DNA of 64,000 nt, from contig JAQTLN010000015.1 in assembly GCA_028714875.1 (NCBI GenBank), forward strand, positions 25,020-89,019. The letters are read 5' to 3'. This document shows, in pieces, positions 1-11,771 of the stretch. The notes beneath the pieces are model-generated. The model worked only from the letters and a program-made list of their open reading frames with translations, made no database searches and was not told where the DNA came from. The DNA comes from Gallionellaceae bacterium. GTDB taxonomy: Bacteria > Pseudomonadota > Gammaproteobacteria > Burkholderiales > Thiobacillaceae. The position numbers and the translations under genes were made by a program. How positions within the stretch are numbered: position 1 is the first letter of the stretch; every line of letters begins with the position of its first letter.

Positions 1-6
1 GCTCCC

Positions 7-1662
7 ATGGACACCCAGCGTCTTATCGCTTTCGTTGTATTTTCTTTCTCCCTTCTGATGCTCTGGAACGCATGGCAGGACTACACGCATCCGAAACATG
101 CGGTCGTCGCCGGCGTGCCCGCCGCGAAAGGACCGGAGGCTTCGACCAATGCCAATGCCCTGCCGCCGGCGCCTGGCCAGGCCCTCAAAGGGGTGCCGCA
201 ACCTACCGACTCGGCTCAGGTTGCCATTGGCGCGCGCGCCAAGGTGGTGACCGATGTGCTGACCGCCGAAATCGACGCCAATGGCGGCGATATCCGCGAT
301 CTGGTGCTCAGCAAATACCTTGAAAGTGAAAACACGCCGTTCCGCCTGTTCGAAGAGAAGGCCGGTCGCAATTACTTCGCGCAGAGCGGTCTGATCGGCC
401 AGGGTTTGCCCAACCACAAGACGGTGTTTGTTCTGGAGCCGGGCGATTACCGCCTGAAGGATGGCCAGAACGAGCTCAAGGTCAGCATGAAGGCGACCAC
501 GCCGAATGCCGAAGTGGTCAAGACCTACACCTTCAGGCGCGGCAGCTACGTGGTGGATGTGGATACCCAGATCAGGAACCTGGGCCAGTCGGAACTGGAC
601 GCCTTCCCTTATTACCAGTACCTGCGCAACGGACTGCCTCCGGAAGGCGAGTCCAAGATGATCAACACCTTCACCGGCCCGGCGATCTATACGGAAGCCG
701 GCAAGTACCAGAAGGTGAAATTTTCCGACATCGACAAGGGTAAACAGGAACACGCCAAGGAAGCCAAGGATGGCTGGATCGGCATGGCGCAGCACCATTT
801 CTTCTCCGCCTGGCTGACGCGCGATCCCGCCGATGCTTCCTCGCGTGAGTTCTACACGCGCAGCCTGGGCAATGGCGAGTACTCGGCCGGGATGATCATG
901 CCGGCGGTCAAACTCGCGCCGGGCGAGGAAAAAACCACGATCATGAGTCTCTACGCGGGTCCGCAGGAGCTGGAGAAAATCAAGCACCTGGCGTCAGGGC
1001 TTGATCTGGTGGTCGATTACGGCTGGCTCACGGTGCTCGCTTACCCCATCTTCGTGCTGCTCAACTGGTTGCATAAGCTGGTGCAGAACTGGGGCACAGC
1101 CATCATCCTGCTTACCGTGCTGATCAAGCTGGTGTTCTATCCGCTCTCCGCCGCCAGCTACAAATCCATGGCCAAGATGAAGAAGCTGGCGCCGCGCCTG
1201 GAGAACCTCAAGCAGCGCTTCGGCGACGATCGCCAGAAGCTGCACGAGGCGATGATGAAAATTTACTCGGAAGAGAAGATCAATCCGCTTGGCGGCTGCC
1301 TACCCATCCTGGTTCAGATCCCCGTGTTCATTGCCCTTTACTGGGTGTTGCTCGGTGCCGTGGAATTGCGCCAGGCGCCGTTCGCCTTGTGGATTCAAGA
1401 TCTGTCCAAGCCCGACCCGTTCTATGTGCTGCCGGTGATCATGGCCATCAGCTCGTTTATTCAGGTCAAGATGTCTCCGGCTCCGGCAGACCCGGTTCAG
1501 GCCAAGGTCATGATGATCATGCCGGTCGCGTTCTCGGTGATGTTCCTGTTCTTCCCCGCTGGCTTGGTGCTTTACTGGCTGGTCAACAACGTGCTTTCCA
1601 TCCTGCAGCAGTGGCGCATCAACACCGTGATCAATAGCGCCGCCAACGACAGCAAGCACTAA
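7..1662 (+). CDS. yidC: membrane protein insertase YidC
   Basis: 551-aa ORF with an N-terminal TM segment, a large periplasmic domain and a C-terminal multi-TM core ([53 protein letters not shown]). mnmE follows directly, which is the canonical order. Confidence 0.95.
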   Translation: MDTQRLIAFVVFSFSLLMLWNAWQDYTHPKHAVVAGVPAAKGPEASTNANALPPAPGQALKGVPQPTDSAQVAIGARAKVVTDVLTAEIDANGGDIRDLVLSKYLESENTPFRLFEEKAGRNYFAQSGLIGQGLPNHKTVFVLEPGDYRLKDGQNELKVSMKATTPNAEVVKTYTFRRGSYVVDVDTQIRNLGQSELDAFPYYQYLRNGLPPEGESKMINTFTGPAIYTEAGKYQKVKFSDIDKGKQEHAKEAKDGWIGMAQHHFFSAWLTRDPADASSREFYTRSLGNGEYSAGMIMPAVKLAPGEEKTTIMSLYAGPQELEKIKHLASGLDLVVDYGWLTVLAYPIFVLLNWLHKLVQNWGTAIILLTVLIKLVFYPLSAASYKSMAKMKKLAPRLENLKQRFGDDRQKLHEAMMKIYSEEKINPLGGCLPILVQIPVFIALYWVLLGAVELRQAPFALWIQDLSKPDPFYVLPVIMAISSFIQVKMSPAPADPVQAKVMMIMPVAFSVMFLFFPAGLVLYWLVNNVLSILQQWRINTVINSAANDSKH

Positions 1663-1673
1663 AGCGGGGCCGC

Positions 1674-3008
1674 ATGGCCACGCGTGACGACCCCATTGCC
1701 GCCATCGCCACCGCCCCCGGCCGGGGTGGCATTGGCGTGGTGCGGCTTTCCGGCGCCACCATCGAAAGCTTCATCCCGTCGCTTACCGGCAAACACCTGA
1801 GTCCGCGTCGCGCCACCTTTTCCCGCTTTCTCGACGCCGAGGGCGGCACCCTCGACGAGGGCATCGCACTCTATTTTCCGGCGCCCCATTCCTACACCGG
1901 CGAATCGGTCCTCGAGTTGCAAGGCCACGGCGGCCAGCATGTGCTGCGGAGCGTGCTGGAGCGTTGCCTGGAGTTGGGCGCGCGCCTCGCGGAGCCGGGT
2001 GAATTCAGCCGCCGCGCATTCCTCAACGGCAAGCTGGACCTGGTGCAGGCGGAAGCGGTTGTCGACCTGATCGATGCCGGCAGCCGTGAGGCCGCGCGCT
2101 CGGCCATGCGTTCGCTGGATGGCGAGTTTTCGCGGCGTATCAACAGCGTCAAGGAGGCTTTGATCCAACTGCGCATGCTGGTTGAAGCCACCCTCGATTT
2201 CCCGGAAGAAGACGTGGATTTTCTGCGCCAGGCTAATGCCTGGGACAAGTTGGCCGACATCACCGGCAAGCTCGACGCCGTGCTCACGCAGGCGCGTCAG
2301 GGTGCCCTGCTGCGTGAGGGCTTGAATGTCGTGCTGATCGGCCAGCCCAACGTCGGAAAATCCAGCCTGCTCAATTGTCTCGCCGGTTACGACGCCGCCA
2401 TCGTCACCGAGATTGCCGGCACCACCCGCGATACCGTGCGCGAGGCCATCCAGATCCAGGGTGTGCCTCTGCATATCATCGATACCGCCGGCCTGCGCGA
2501 AACCGTGGATCTGGTGGAAATGAAAGGCATCGAGCGGACCTGGGCGGCGTTGGAAAAAGCCGACGTCGCGCTTTTGTTGATCGACGCCAAGCACGGCGTC
2601 GGCGCGCAGGAAGCCGCCATGCTGGCGCGCATGGGCGAGATTCCGGTGCTCACCGTTCACAACAAGATCGATCTTGCCAACGAGGTGCCGCGCCTCTCGG
2701 CGGATGGCCGGGAGATCTGGCTATCGGCCAAGACCGGCATGGGCACGGATCTTCTGAAAAGCAGGCTGTTGAGCTTGGCGGGATGGCAAGCGACCGGGGA
2801 AAGCACCTTTATTGCACGCACTCGCCATGTCGTGGCCCTGCGCCGCGCGCGTGGAAGTCTGCAAGCGGCGGCGGACACCGGAACACAGTTGGAATTACTG
2901 GCGGAAGAACTGCGTCTGGCTCAGGAAGCGCTCTCGGAAATTACCGGTGAATTCAGCGCCGATGATTTGCTCGGCGTGATCTTCAGCCAGTTCTGTATAG
3001 GCAAGTGA
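1674..3008 (+). CDS. mnmE: tRNA modification GTPase MnmE (TrmE)
   Basis: 444 aa. G1 motif [13 protein letters not shown]3 DTAGLR, G4 NKIDL, and the hallmark C-terminal FCIGK. Confidence 0.95.
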   Translation: MATRDDPIAAIATAPGRGGIGVVRLSGATIESFIPSLTGKHLSPRRATFSRFLDAEGGTLDEGIALYFPAPHSYTGESVLELQGHGGQHVLRSVLERCLELGARLAEPGEFSRRAFLNGKLDLVQAEAVVDLIDAGSREAARSAMRSLDGEFSRRINSVKEALIQLRMLVEATLDFPEEDVDFLRQANAWDKLADITGKLDAVLTQARQGALLREGLNVVLIGQPNVGKSSLLNCLAGYDAAIVTEIAGTTRDTVREAIQIQGVPLHIIDTAGLRETVDLVEMKGIERTWAALEKADVALLLIDAKHGVGAQEAAMLARMGEIPVLTVHNKIDLANEVPRLSADGREIWLSAKTGMGTDLLKSRLLSLAGWQATGESTFIARTRHVVALRRARGSLQAAADTGTQLELLAEELRLAQEALSEITGEFSADDLLGVIFSQFCIGK

Positions 3009-3059
3009 ACCCTGTCCGCACCCTGACGAGATGCCTGGATGCGGGATGGGGCGTCACCT

Positions 3060-3431
3060 TCAACCTAGAACCCAGGCGCGTTTAGGTTCGCAAAAACGGG
3101 AGTCGAGGTGGGCTACCGGGTTGCAGCTGAACTGCTCGACCAGGCCCTCGTCGGCGCGACTGTAGCGCGGATGTTGTAATTGCCAGCGCAGGTTGGAAAG
3201 GAACATGAGTTCTTCCAGTACCTCCGTGGGAAATCCCTGCCGGTCGCCGCGGTCATCCAACATCAAACTGTCCAGATAAGCGTCGATGTCGTTTCTTTTC
3301 CAGCGTTTTGCCAGTTCCTGCGCAATGCGGGAAAAGCGCCGCTCGATGGCCGACAGATCATTCCAGGCGCTGCGATTCGCCCGGGCTGGCCTGGGTGTGA
3401 ATTCAAAGACATTGGCGAACATGGCGTGCAT
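3060..3431 (-). CDS. hypothetical protein (123 aa), no family recognised
   Basis: ORF with normal amino-acid composition, unlike the R/P/H-rich shadow frames here. It is transcribed divergently from the ABC exporter. I recognised no motif. Confidence 0.5.
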   Translation of the reverse strand: MHAMFANVFEFTPRPARANRSAWNDLSAIERRFSRIAQELAKRWKRNDIDAYLDSLMLDDRGDRQGFPTEVLEELMFLSNLRWQLQHPRYSRADEGLVEQFSCNPVAHLDSRFCEPKRAWVLG

Positions 3432-3575
3432 CCTTGAGAGTGGTTACTCTCTTCATCGCAAGCCCCGTGCCGCCTTCCAGAGTGAACGTATCTCCTTGTT
3501 TATCAAGAGTATTGCGGCGTTGTCACCTGGATATTCCCTGTTCGGACTCCTGTTTCCATCACGTATGACGAAATC

Positions 3576-5363
3576 ATGACGTCTCCATCCAACTCGCCTA
3601 TGGACTGGCGCGGTATTTTTGCCGAACTGCGCGCGCACCGAGCCGCGCTGATCAAGGGCAATCTCATCGCGGTGCTGGCGGTGGCGTGCGCGGTGCCGGT
3701 GCCGCTCTTCCTGCCGATCCTGGTGGATGAAGTGCTGCTGCATCAGCCTGGCTTTTTCATCAAGCACATCGGGCCCCTGTTTCCGCGGGACTGGCATGGT
3801 CCGGTGCTTTTCGTGCTGATCGCCTTGTCGTTTACTGTGGGTCTGCGCTTGGCGGCCATCCTGCTCAATGTCTGGCAGACACGGACTTTCTCGCTGGTTT
3901 CCAAGCAGGCGGTCTACCGTATTCGGGCGCGCATGCTGCAAGGGCTGTCGAAGATCGCGCTGTCGGAATATGAAACCCTGGGATCGGGTCGGGTCGCCTC
4001 GCATTTCGTCACGGACCTCAATGCCGTGGACAGTTTTCTCGGGGCTTCCATCTCGGGCTTTCTGGTGGCGGTGCTTTCTCTGATAGGCGTGGCCATCGTC
4101 CTGCTCTGGATGAATTGGCAGCTTGCCTTGTTCATCCTGCTGCTGAATCCCGTCGTGATCGGTTTCTCGACTCGGCTTGGGAAGAAAGTGAAGGAATTGA
4201 AACGGCGCGAGAACTCGGCCTTCGAGGTGTTCCAGGAAGCCTTGATCGAGACCTTGGACGCGCTCAATCAGATACGCGCCATGAACCGGGAGAAGCACTA
4301 CCTGGCGCGGGTCACCGAGAAGGCGGCGGATATTCGTACCCATGCCGCCGCCTATGCGTGGAAGTCGGACGCGATGAGCCGGGTGGCCTTCTTCGTATTC
4401 CTGGCCGGCTTCGATGCATTTCGCGCCGGCGCGATGTTGATGGTGGTCTATTCCGATCTCAGCATCGGTCAGATGCTGGCGGTGTTCGGCTACCTCTGGT
4501 TCATGATGTCGCCGGTTCAGGAGATCATCAACATCCAGTACGCCTGGTATGCGGCCAACGCGGCGCTGGCCCGCATCAACAGCCTGCTCGACCTGAAAAC
4601 GGTCGAGGAGGGTGAATCGCGCGTGAATCCCTTCTCCGGGAAGGACTCGGTGGGCATCACGCTGCGCGACGCGTGTTTTGCCTACGGCGAGGGGGACACC
4701 ATACTCGATGGTGTCACTCTGGCGGTGGCGCCCGGTGAGAAGGTGGCGCTGGTTGGCGCCTCGGGTGGTGGCAAGTCCACCCTGGTGCAGGCGCTGCTCG
4801 GACTCTACCCGCTGAAATCCGGGGAGATTCGCTATGGCGACGCGGCGGTGGATGAAATCGGCTGGCCGCTGATACGTGAGCATGTCGGTGTCGTGTTGCA
4901 GCACCCGGTTTTGTTCAATGCCAGCGTGCGCGAGAACCTGACTCTCGGCCGTGAAAAGAATGACGCTGAACTTTGGCGGGCGCTGGAGATTGCCCAGTTG
5001 AAGGATTTTGTCGGCGAATTTCCCGATGGGCTGGATGCGCTGGTGGGTAAGAACGGTGTGCGGCTCTCTGGCGGACAGCGGCAACGCCTGGCGATTGCCC
5101 GCATGGTGCTTGCGCGGCCGCGCGTGGTGATACTCGACGAAGCGACTTCGGCGCTGGACAGCGATACCGAGCGGCATTTGCATGAAGCACTGGCGGATTT
5201 CCTGCGTAATCGCACCACACTGATCATTGCCCACCGTCTTTCCGCGGTGCGCCAGGCCGATCGGATTCTGGTGTTTGAGAACGGCCGGATCGTGGAGTCG
5301 GGCGACCACGCCAGTCTGATGCGGCGCGGCGGGCTCTATCACAAGCTTTACGCGCATGCATAG
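3576..5363 (+). CDS. ABC exporter, fused permease/ATPase (MsbA-like half transporter)
   Basis: 595 aa. N-terminal 6-TM-like region, Walker A GASGGGKST, signature LSGGQRQR, Walker B VVILDEATSALD. Confidence 0.85.
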   Translation: MTSPSNSPMDWRGIFAELRAHRAALIKGNLIAVLAVACAVPVPLFLPILVDEVLLHQPGFFIKHIGPLFPRDWHGPVLFVLIALSFTVGLRLAAILLNVWQTRTFSLVSKQAVYRIRARMLQGLSKIALSEYETLGSGRVASHFVTDLNAVDSFLGASISGFLVAVLSLIGVAIVLLWMNWQLALFILLLNPVVIGFSTRLGKKVKELKRRENSAFEVFQEALIETLDALNQIRAMNREKHYLARVTEKAADIRTHAAAYAWKSDAMSRVAFFVFLAGFDAFRAGAMLMVVYSDLSIGQMLAVFGYLWFMMSPVQEIINIQYAWYAANAALARINSLLDLKTVEEGESRVNPFSGKDSVGITLRDACFAYGEGDTILDGVTLAVAPGEKVALVGASGGGKSTLVQALLGLYPLKSGEIRYGDAAVDEIGWPLIREHVGVVLQHPVLFNASVRENLTLGREKNDAELWRALEIAQLKDFVGEFPDGLDALVGKNGVRLSGGQRQRLAIARMVLARPRVVILDEATSALDSDTERHLHEALADFLRNRTTLIIAHRLSAVRQADRILVFENGRIVESGDHASLMRRGGLYHKLYAHA

Positions 5364-5385
5364 GCTTCGTGGGCGATGTCAGCCA

Positions 5386-5401
5386 TGTTTCACGTGAAAC
5401 A
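5386..5401. promoter_or_regulatory. parS: parS centromere-like site (TGTTTCACGTGAAACA)
   Basis: Exact match to the conserved chromosomal parS consensus. It is embedded in a perfect 22-bp palindrome CCATGTTTCACGTGAAACATGG (5383..5404), 2.6 kb upstream of parAB. Confidence 0.85.
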
Positions 5402-5469
5402 TGGTCATGGCGTGACGTAGAATGCGAGCCCGTCGCCCACTCGGGCGACCGCCAGCAAACCAGAAAATC

Positions 5470-7365
5470 ATGCAATTTCCCGATCGTTTCGATGTCATTG
5501 TTGTCGGCGGCGGCCACGCCGGCACCGAGGCGGCGCTGGCGGCCGCCCGTATGGGTTCGCGCACGCTGCTGCTGACTCACAATATCGAAACCTTGGGCGC
5601 GATGTCCTGCAACCCGTCGATTGGCGGCATCGGTAAGGGGCATCTGGTGAGAGAAGTGGATGCTTTGGGTGGGGCGATGGCGCTGGCGACCGACGAGGCC
5701 GGCATCCAGTTTCGTATACTGAATTCCTCGAAAGGTCCGGCGGTGCGCGCCACCCGGGCCCAGGCGGATCGGGTGCTTTACAAACAGGCGATTCGCTCAC
5801 GCCTGGAAAATCAGGCCAATCTCACTTTGTTCCAGCAAGCGGTGGACGACTTGATGCTGGAAGGCGATCGCGTCGCCGGAGTACGCACGCAGCTTGGCAT
5901 CGTGTTCCAGGCGCGCGCCGTGGTGCTGACCACCGGCACTTTTCTTTCCGGCCTGATCCATGTCGGCCTGGAAAACTTTCAGGCCGGGCGCATGGGCGAT
6001 CCGCCCTCCGTTTCCCTGGCGGCTCGCCTGCGCGAGCTGAATCTGCCGGTTGGCCGCTTGAAGACCGGCACGCCGCCGCGCATCGATGGCCGTAGCATCG
6101 ATTTTTCGGCGATGCGGGAACAGCCGGGCGATACGCCGGAGCCGGTGTTTTCCTTCATCGGCCGGCAAGCGATGCACCCGCGCCAATTGCCTTGCTGGAT
6201 TACCCAGACCAACGAGCGCACTCACGAGATCATCCGCCTGGGACTGGATCGCTCTCCACTCTATACCGGCGTGATCGAGGGCGTGGGGCCGCGTTACTGC
6301 CCTTCCATCGAGGACAAGATCAGCCGTTTCGCCGACAAGACCGAGCACAACGTGTTTCTCGAACCGGAGGGTCTCACCACGCATGAGTTCTATCCCAACG
6401 GGGTATCCACCAGCTTGCCATTCGATGTCCAGCTTGCTCTGATCCGCTCGATTCGCGGCCTGGAAAACGCGCACATTTTGCGCCCGGGCTATGCCATCGA
6501 ATACGACTACTACGACCCGCGGGGCCTGAAACCCAGTCTGGAGACCCATGCCATTGCCGGCCTGTTCTTCGCCGGGCAGATCAATGGCACCACGGGTTAT
6601 GAGGAAGCCGCCGCGCAAGGGCTTCTGGCCGGTCTCAACGCGGCTTTATGGGTGAGTGGAAAATCGCCGTGGTGGCCGCGGCGCGACCAGGCATATCTGG
6701 GCGTAATGGTGGATGACCTGGTGACACGCGGCGTCGCCGAGCCTTACCGCATGTTCACCAGCCGCGCGGAGTACCGCCTCAGCTTGCGCGAGGACAATGC
6801 CGACCAGCGATTGACGGAGGCGGGCAGGCTGCTGGGTCTGGTGGATGACGCCCGTTGGGCGCGTTTCGATGCCAAACGCGAGGCCATGGCGCGCGAGTCG
6901 GAGCGCCTCAAAGCCACTTGGGTCAACCCGAGCAACCTGCCGCAGGAAGACGCCTTGCGTGTTCTCGGCAAGAACATCGAGCGGGAGTACAGCCTGTTCG
7001 ATCTGTTGCGCCGTCCCGAGGTGGATTACGCTAGCCTCATGACGTTGCCCGGCGCGGGCTCGGGCCTCGCCGATACCGAGTTCAGCGGGCAGATGGAAAT
7101 AGAAGCCAAATATGCTGGCTACGTTGCCCGACAGCTTGACGAGATCGAACGCCAGCGTGGCCAGGAAGAGCAGTCCTTGCCCGCCGATTTTGATTACATG
7201 GCGCTTACCAGCCTGTCCATCGAGGTGCGACAAAAACTTAATCAGATACGTCCGGCTACGCTGGGGCAGGCTTCGCGTATATCCGGAGTGACACCGGCGG
7301 CGGTTTCGGTATTGCTGGTCTATCTGAAGCGCGGCGAGTTGGAGCGAAAGGAAAACAAGGAATGA
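5470..7365 (+). CDS. mnmG: tRNA uridine 5-carboxymethylaminomethyl modification enzyme MnmG (GidA)
   Basis: The track ORF starts at 5422. The conserved N-terminus [22 protein letters not shown] begins at the ATG at 5470. FAD-binding GGGHAG motif; total length is typical. Confidence 0.95.
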   Translation: MQFPDRFDVIVVGGGHAGTEAALAAARMGSRTLLLTHNIETLGAMSCNPSIGGIGKGHLVREVDALGGAMALATDEAGIQFRILNSSKGPAVRATRAQADRVLYKQAIRSRLENQANLTLFQQAVDDLMLEGDRVAGVRTQLGIVFQARAVVLTTGTFLSGLIHVGLENFQAGRMGDPPSVSLAARLRELNLPVGRLKTGTPPRIDGRSIDFSAMREQPGDTPEPVFSFIGRQAMHPRQLPCWITQTNERTHEIIRLGLDRSPLYTGVIEGVGPRYCPSIEDKISRFADKTEHNVFLEPEGLTTHEFYPNGVSTSLPFDVQLALIRSIRGLENAHILRPGYAIEYDYYDPRGLKPSLETHAIAGLFFAGQINGTTGYEEAAAQGLLAGLNAALWVSGKSPWWPRRDQAYLGVMVDDLVTRGVAEPYRMFTSRAEYRLSLREDNADQRLTEAGRLLGLVDDARWARFDAKREAMARESERLKATWVNPSNLPQEDALRVLGKNIEREYSLFDLLRRPEVDYASLMTLPGAGSGLADTEFSGQMEIEAKYAGYVARQLDEIERQRGQEEQSLPADFDYMALTSLSIEVRQKLNQIRPATLGQASRISGVTPAAVSVLLVYLKRGELERKENKE

Positions 7366-7994
7366 GCCAGGCCAATCAATCGACATCGCACCTCGGCGAG
7401 GCGCTGCATACCATGGGCGTGAGGTTGGACGCGCGACAAGAGACCGCATTGCTGGACTATCTGGCGTTGATCGCCAAGTGGAACCGTACCTACAACCTGA
7501 CGGCCATCCATGAGCCGGAGCGGATGCTTACCCACCATCTGTTGGACAGTCTTTCCATCCTGCCCAGTGTTACAGCCGGGCCATTGCTGGATGTCGGCAG
7601 TGGGGCGGGCCTGCCGGGTATTCCCCTGGCTATCGCGCGCCCCGACCTGAGGGTGACGCTGCTCGATTCCAGCCAGAAGCGTTGTGGTTTCATGCAACAG
7701 GCGGCAATCGAGCTCAAGCTCGCCAATGTCGAGGTCGTGCACAGCCGGGCGGAGAATTTCTTGCCTGCCGAGAAGTTTCCCCAGATCGTTTCCCGCGCCT
7801 TTTCCGACCTCGGCGACTTCGTCAAGGCGACGCGCCATCTGCTCGCCGAAGGCGGTGAGTGGCTGGCGATGAAGGGGCTTTACCCGGACGAGGAAATAGC
7901 TTCGCTCAAGAGCGCCCGCGTCAAGAGCCACAGCAAGCTGCATATCCCCGGCCTGGATGCCGAACGCCACCTCATCATCATGGAAATGGATTGA
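7362..7994 (+). CDS. rsmG: 16S rRNA m7G527 methyltransferase RsmG (GidB)
   Basis: 210 aa. SAM motif [21 protein letters not shown] overlap with the mnmG stop. Confidence 0.93.
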   Translation: MSQANQSTSHLGEALHTMGVRLDARQETALLDYLALIAKWNRTYNLTAIHEPERMLTHHLLDSLSILPSVTAGPLLDVGSGAGLPGIPLAIARPDLRVTLLDSSQKRCGFMQQAAIELKLANVEVVHSRAENFLPAEKFPQIVSRAFSDLGDFVKATRHLLAEGGEWLAMKGLYPDEEIASLKSARVKSHSKLHIPGLDAERHLIIMEMD

Positions 7995-7998
7995 ACTC

Positions 7999-8778
7999 AT
8001 GGCACGTATCCTGGCTATCACCAATCAGAAAGGAGGCGTCGGCAAGACCACCAGTGCCGTCAACCTGGCGGCCAGTCTGGCCAGCCTGGGCCGCAATGTG
8101 TTGTTGATCGACCTCGACCCACAGGGCAATGCCACCACGGCCAGCGGTATCGACAAGCAGGGACTGAAGAAAACGGTTTATCACTTGCTGTTGCGTACCG
8201 AGTCGGTGGTCGACGTGCGCGTGCGCTCGCCCGAAGGGGGTTACGATCTGCTGCCAGCCAATCGCGACCTGGCCGGGGCGGAGGTGGAACTGGTGCAGGA
8301 GAAGGAGCGTGAATTTCGTCTGCGCCAGGGATTGGAATCGGCCGCCGGCGACTATGACTTCATCCTTATCGATTGCCCGCCCGCGCTCAATTTGTTGACC
8401 GTCAACGCGTTGACTTGCGCGCATGCGGTGATCATCCCGATGCAGTGCGAATATTTCGCCATCGAGGGCCTGGCCGATCTGGTCAACACCATCAAGAAAA
8501 TCAAGGCGCGCCTGAATCCCGGCCTGGTCATCGACGGCGTTGTGCGGGTGATGTTCGATACCCGCAACACACTGGCGCAGAACGTTTCGGACCAGCTCAA
8601 GGCGCACTTCGGCGCCAAGGTGTTCGATACCGTGGTGCCGCGCAACGTGCGTCTGGCGGAGGCGCCCAGCCACGGACTTCCGGCATTGCAATACGACCGG
8701 GCTTCCAAGGGGGCGCAGTCCTATCTGCAAATGGCGCAAGAACTCATCGACAAGCAGGAGGGGAACCGCAATGGCTAA
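7999..8778 (+). CDS. parA: chromosome partitioning ATPase ParA (Soj)
   Basis: Conserved start MARILAITNQKGGVGKTT (deviant Walker A) at the ATG at 7999. The track ORF is 5'-extended to 7957. Confidence 0.93.
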   Translation: MARILAITNQKGGVGKTTSAVNLAASLASLGRNVLLIDLDPQGNATTASGIDKQGLKKTVYHLLLRTESVVDVRVRSPEGGYDLLPANRDLAGAEVELVQEKEREFRLRQGLESAAGDYDFILIDCPPALNLLTVNALTCAHAVIIPMQCEYFAIEGLADLVNTIKKIKARLNPGLVIDGVVRVMFDTRNTLAQNVSDQLKAHFGAKVFDTVVPRNVRLAEAPSHGLPALQYDRASKGAQSYLQMAQELIDKQEGNRNG

Positions 8779-9607
8779 GCTCAAGGGACTCGGGCGCGGG
8801 CTGGACGCCCTGTTGGGAGAAGGTGAAACCGCGGACGGTGAGCGTCTGCTCACCTTGCCTGTGGAAAGCCTGGTGCCCGGCAAGTATCAGCCGCGTACCC
8901 GTATGGATGGCGAGGCGCTCGCGGAATTGGCCGATTCGATCAAGTCGCAGGGGCTGATGCAGCCGATTCTGGCGCGCGCCATCGCGGGTGGGCGCTACGA
9001 AATCATCGCCGGCGAACGGCGTTGGCGCGCCAGCCAGTTGGCCGGCCTCAGCGCGGTGTCGGTGCTGGTGCGCGACGTGCCCGATGAGGCCGCGTTGAAA
9101 ATGGCCCTGATCGAGAATATCCAGCGGGAAAATCTGAATCCTCTGGAAGAGGCGCAGGGCATCCACCGCCTGATCCAGGAATTCTCCATGACCCACCAGA
9201 CGGCGGCGGAAGCGGTGGGCCGCTCCCGTGTCACGGTGACCAACCTGCTACGTCTGCTCAATCTGGCCAAGCCGGTGCAATCGCTGCTCATGAATGGCGA
9301 TCTGGACATGGGGCATGCCCGTGCGTTGTTGGCGCTCACTCACGCCAAGCAGCTCGATTCCGCGCACGAGGTAGTCAAGCGCGGCCTGTCGGTACGAGAG
9401 GCGGAGCGTCTGGTGGCGCGAGTACTCAAACCCGTGGAAAAAAAGGCGGCCAGCCCGGATCGCGATGTCGCTCGACTGGAGGAAGAGTTGTCGGAAAAAC
9501 TGGGGGCCAGCGTGCATATCAGCGCCAATCGCAAGGGTTCGGGACACCTCAACATAGCCTTCTCCAGCCTCGACCAACTGGATGACTTGTTGCGGCGAAT
9601 AAGGTAG
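8771..9607 (+). CDS. parB: chromosome partitioning protein ParB (Spo0J)
   Basis: 278 aa. ParB box GERRWRA, LIENIQRENLNPLEEA, and an HTH region. Overlaps the parA stop by 8 nt. Confidence 0.93.
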   Translation: MAKLKGLGRGLDALLGEGETADGERLLTLPVESLVPGKYQPRTRMDGEALAELADSIKSQGLMQPILARAIAGGRYEIIAGERRWRASQLAGLSAVSVLVRDVPDEAALKMALIENIQRENLNPLEEAQGIHRLIQEFSMTHQTAAEAVGRSRVTVTNLLRLLNLAKPVQSLLMNGDLDMGHARALLALTHAKQLDSAHEVVKRGLSVREAERLVARVLKPVEKKAASPDRDVARLEEELSEKLGASVHISANRKGSGHLNIAFSSLDQLDDLLRRIR

Positions 9608-9621
9608 TTTGTGCGGATGCA

Positions 9622-9648
9622 GCAATCATCAAAGCATTTGATGATTGC
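9622..9648. promoter_or_regulatory. perfect 12-bp-arm inverted repeat (GCAATCATCAAA gca TTTGATGATTGC) in the parB-atpI spacer
   Basis: Read directly from the sequence. It lies in an AT-rich 76-nt spacer upstream of atpI and has no T-tract after it, so it looks more like an operator than a terminator. Confidence 0.4.
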
Positions 9649-9683
9649 ATTAGGCTCTCTAATTCTTATATCATTATCGGCTA

Positions 9684-10037
9684 ATGTTTTATGCATACGC
9701 CTTGCAGGGCGGCCTGATCGCAATCGCGGCTGTAGTGGTCTGGCTGTGGCAAGGCGCGGAAGTGGCCGGCGCGGCCTTGTATGGCGGTTCGGCGGCGCTG
9801 GCGAATGTTGGTTTGCTGGTATGGCGTTGGCGCAGAGGCCGGTATGATTACCACTGCGATGGCGGGCGCCACTTGAGACAGTTTCACCGTTCCAGTCTGG
9901 AACGGTTTTTTCTTGTCGGGGTGGTGTTGGCGCTGGGGCTGTACGGATTGAGGTTGGATCCGCTGGCGATGTTGCTGGGTTTTATAGTGGGGCAGACCGC
10001 GTGGATAATCTCCGCGGCTACCCTGAAGACAGATTGA
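9684..10037 (+). CDS. atpI: ATP synthase protein I (AtpI)
   Basis: 117-aa hydrophobic protein immediately upstream of atpB at the head of the atp operon. Confidence 0.75.
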   Translation: MFYAYALQGGLIAIAAVVVWLWQGAEVAGAALYGGSAALANVGLLVWRWRRGRYDYHCDGGRHLRQFHRSSLERFFLVGVVLALGLYGLRLDPLAMLLGFIVGQTAWIISAATLKTD

Positions 10038-10055
10038 CGCCCTTGGGCAATTTGA

Positions 10056-10958
<903 letters not shown>

Positions 10959-10993
10959 TTTTTCGCTTTTCGTGCTATCTGAATCGTCTCTAG

Positions 10994-11242
<249 letters not shown>

Positions 11243-11276
11243 TCAATCAACGCGATAACACGCAAGAGGAGCGGTC

Positions 11277-11747
11277 ATGAACATCAATATGACCCTGATC
11301 GGACAGTCCATCACTTTCGCTATCTTCGTGTGGTTCTGCATGAAGTTCGTGTGGCCACCGATCGTCGGAGCCCTTGAGGCCCGCAAGAAGTTGATCGCCG
11401 ATGGACTGGCCGCCGCCGATCGCGGCAAGCATGAGCTGGAACTGGCCGCCAAACGCGCCAGTGAAACCATGCACGACGCCAAGCTCAAGGCTTCCGAGAT
11501 CATCGCCCAGGCCGATAAACGCGCCAGTCAGATCGTCGAAGAGTCGAAGGGCGCAGCCAAGGTTGAAGGCGAACGCATGATCACCGCCGCCAAGGCCGAG
11601 ATCGAACAGGAATCGCATCGTGCCCGCGAGGCGCTGCGCGGCGATGTCGCCGCCCTGGTTATCGCCGGTGCCGCCAAGGTGCTGCGCCGCGAAGTCGATG
11701 CCAAGGCACATGCCGACCTGCTCGAAGCGATCAAGAACGAGCTGTGA
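11277..11747 (+). CDS. atpF: F0F1 ATP synthase subunit b
   Basis: 156 aa. N-terminal TM then a long charged coiled coil. Position in the operon fits. Confidence 0.93.
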   Translation: MNINMTLIGQSITFAIFVWFCMKFVWPPIVGALEARKKLIADGLAAADRGKHELELAAKRASETMHDAKLKASEIIAQADKRASQIVEESKGAAKVEGERMITAAKAEIEQESHRAREALRGDVAALVIAGAAKVLRREVDAKAHADLLEAIKNEL

Positions 11748-11771
11748 GCCAACTGCCAGGATGATACTGAG

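Noticed and set aside
1659-2660. 333-aa minus-strand ORF opposite mnmE
   Set aside because: It is a shadow of mnmE, which has G1-G4 motifs and the CIGK end.
3453-5357. 634-aa minus-strand ORF opposite the ABC exporter
   Set aside because: The composition is R/H/Q/G-rich and it has no motifs. It fully overlaps a plus-strand gene that has clear Walker A/B and ABC signature motifs. This is a typical high-GC shadow ORF.
5797-7449. Minus-strand ORFs 5797..6618 and 6646..7449 opposite mnmG
   Set aside because: They are shadows of a clearly conserved gene and have arginine/glycine-rich low-information sequences.
7978-8883. 301-aa minus-strand ORF opposite parA/parB
   Set aside because: It is a shadow ORF. 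parA and parB are unambiguous on the plus strand.
9990-10010. DnaA-box-like CGTGGATAA inside atpI, considered while searching for oriC
   Set aside because: It is a single 8-of-9 match inside a coding region, with no cluster of boxes and no AT-rich unwinding element nearby. oriC is probably outside this window.
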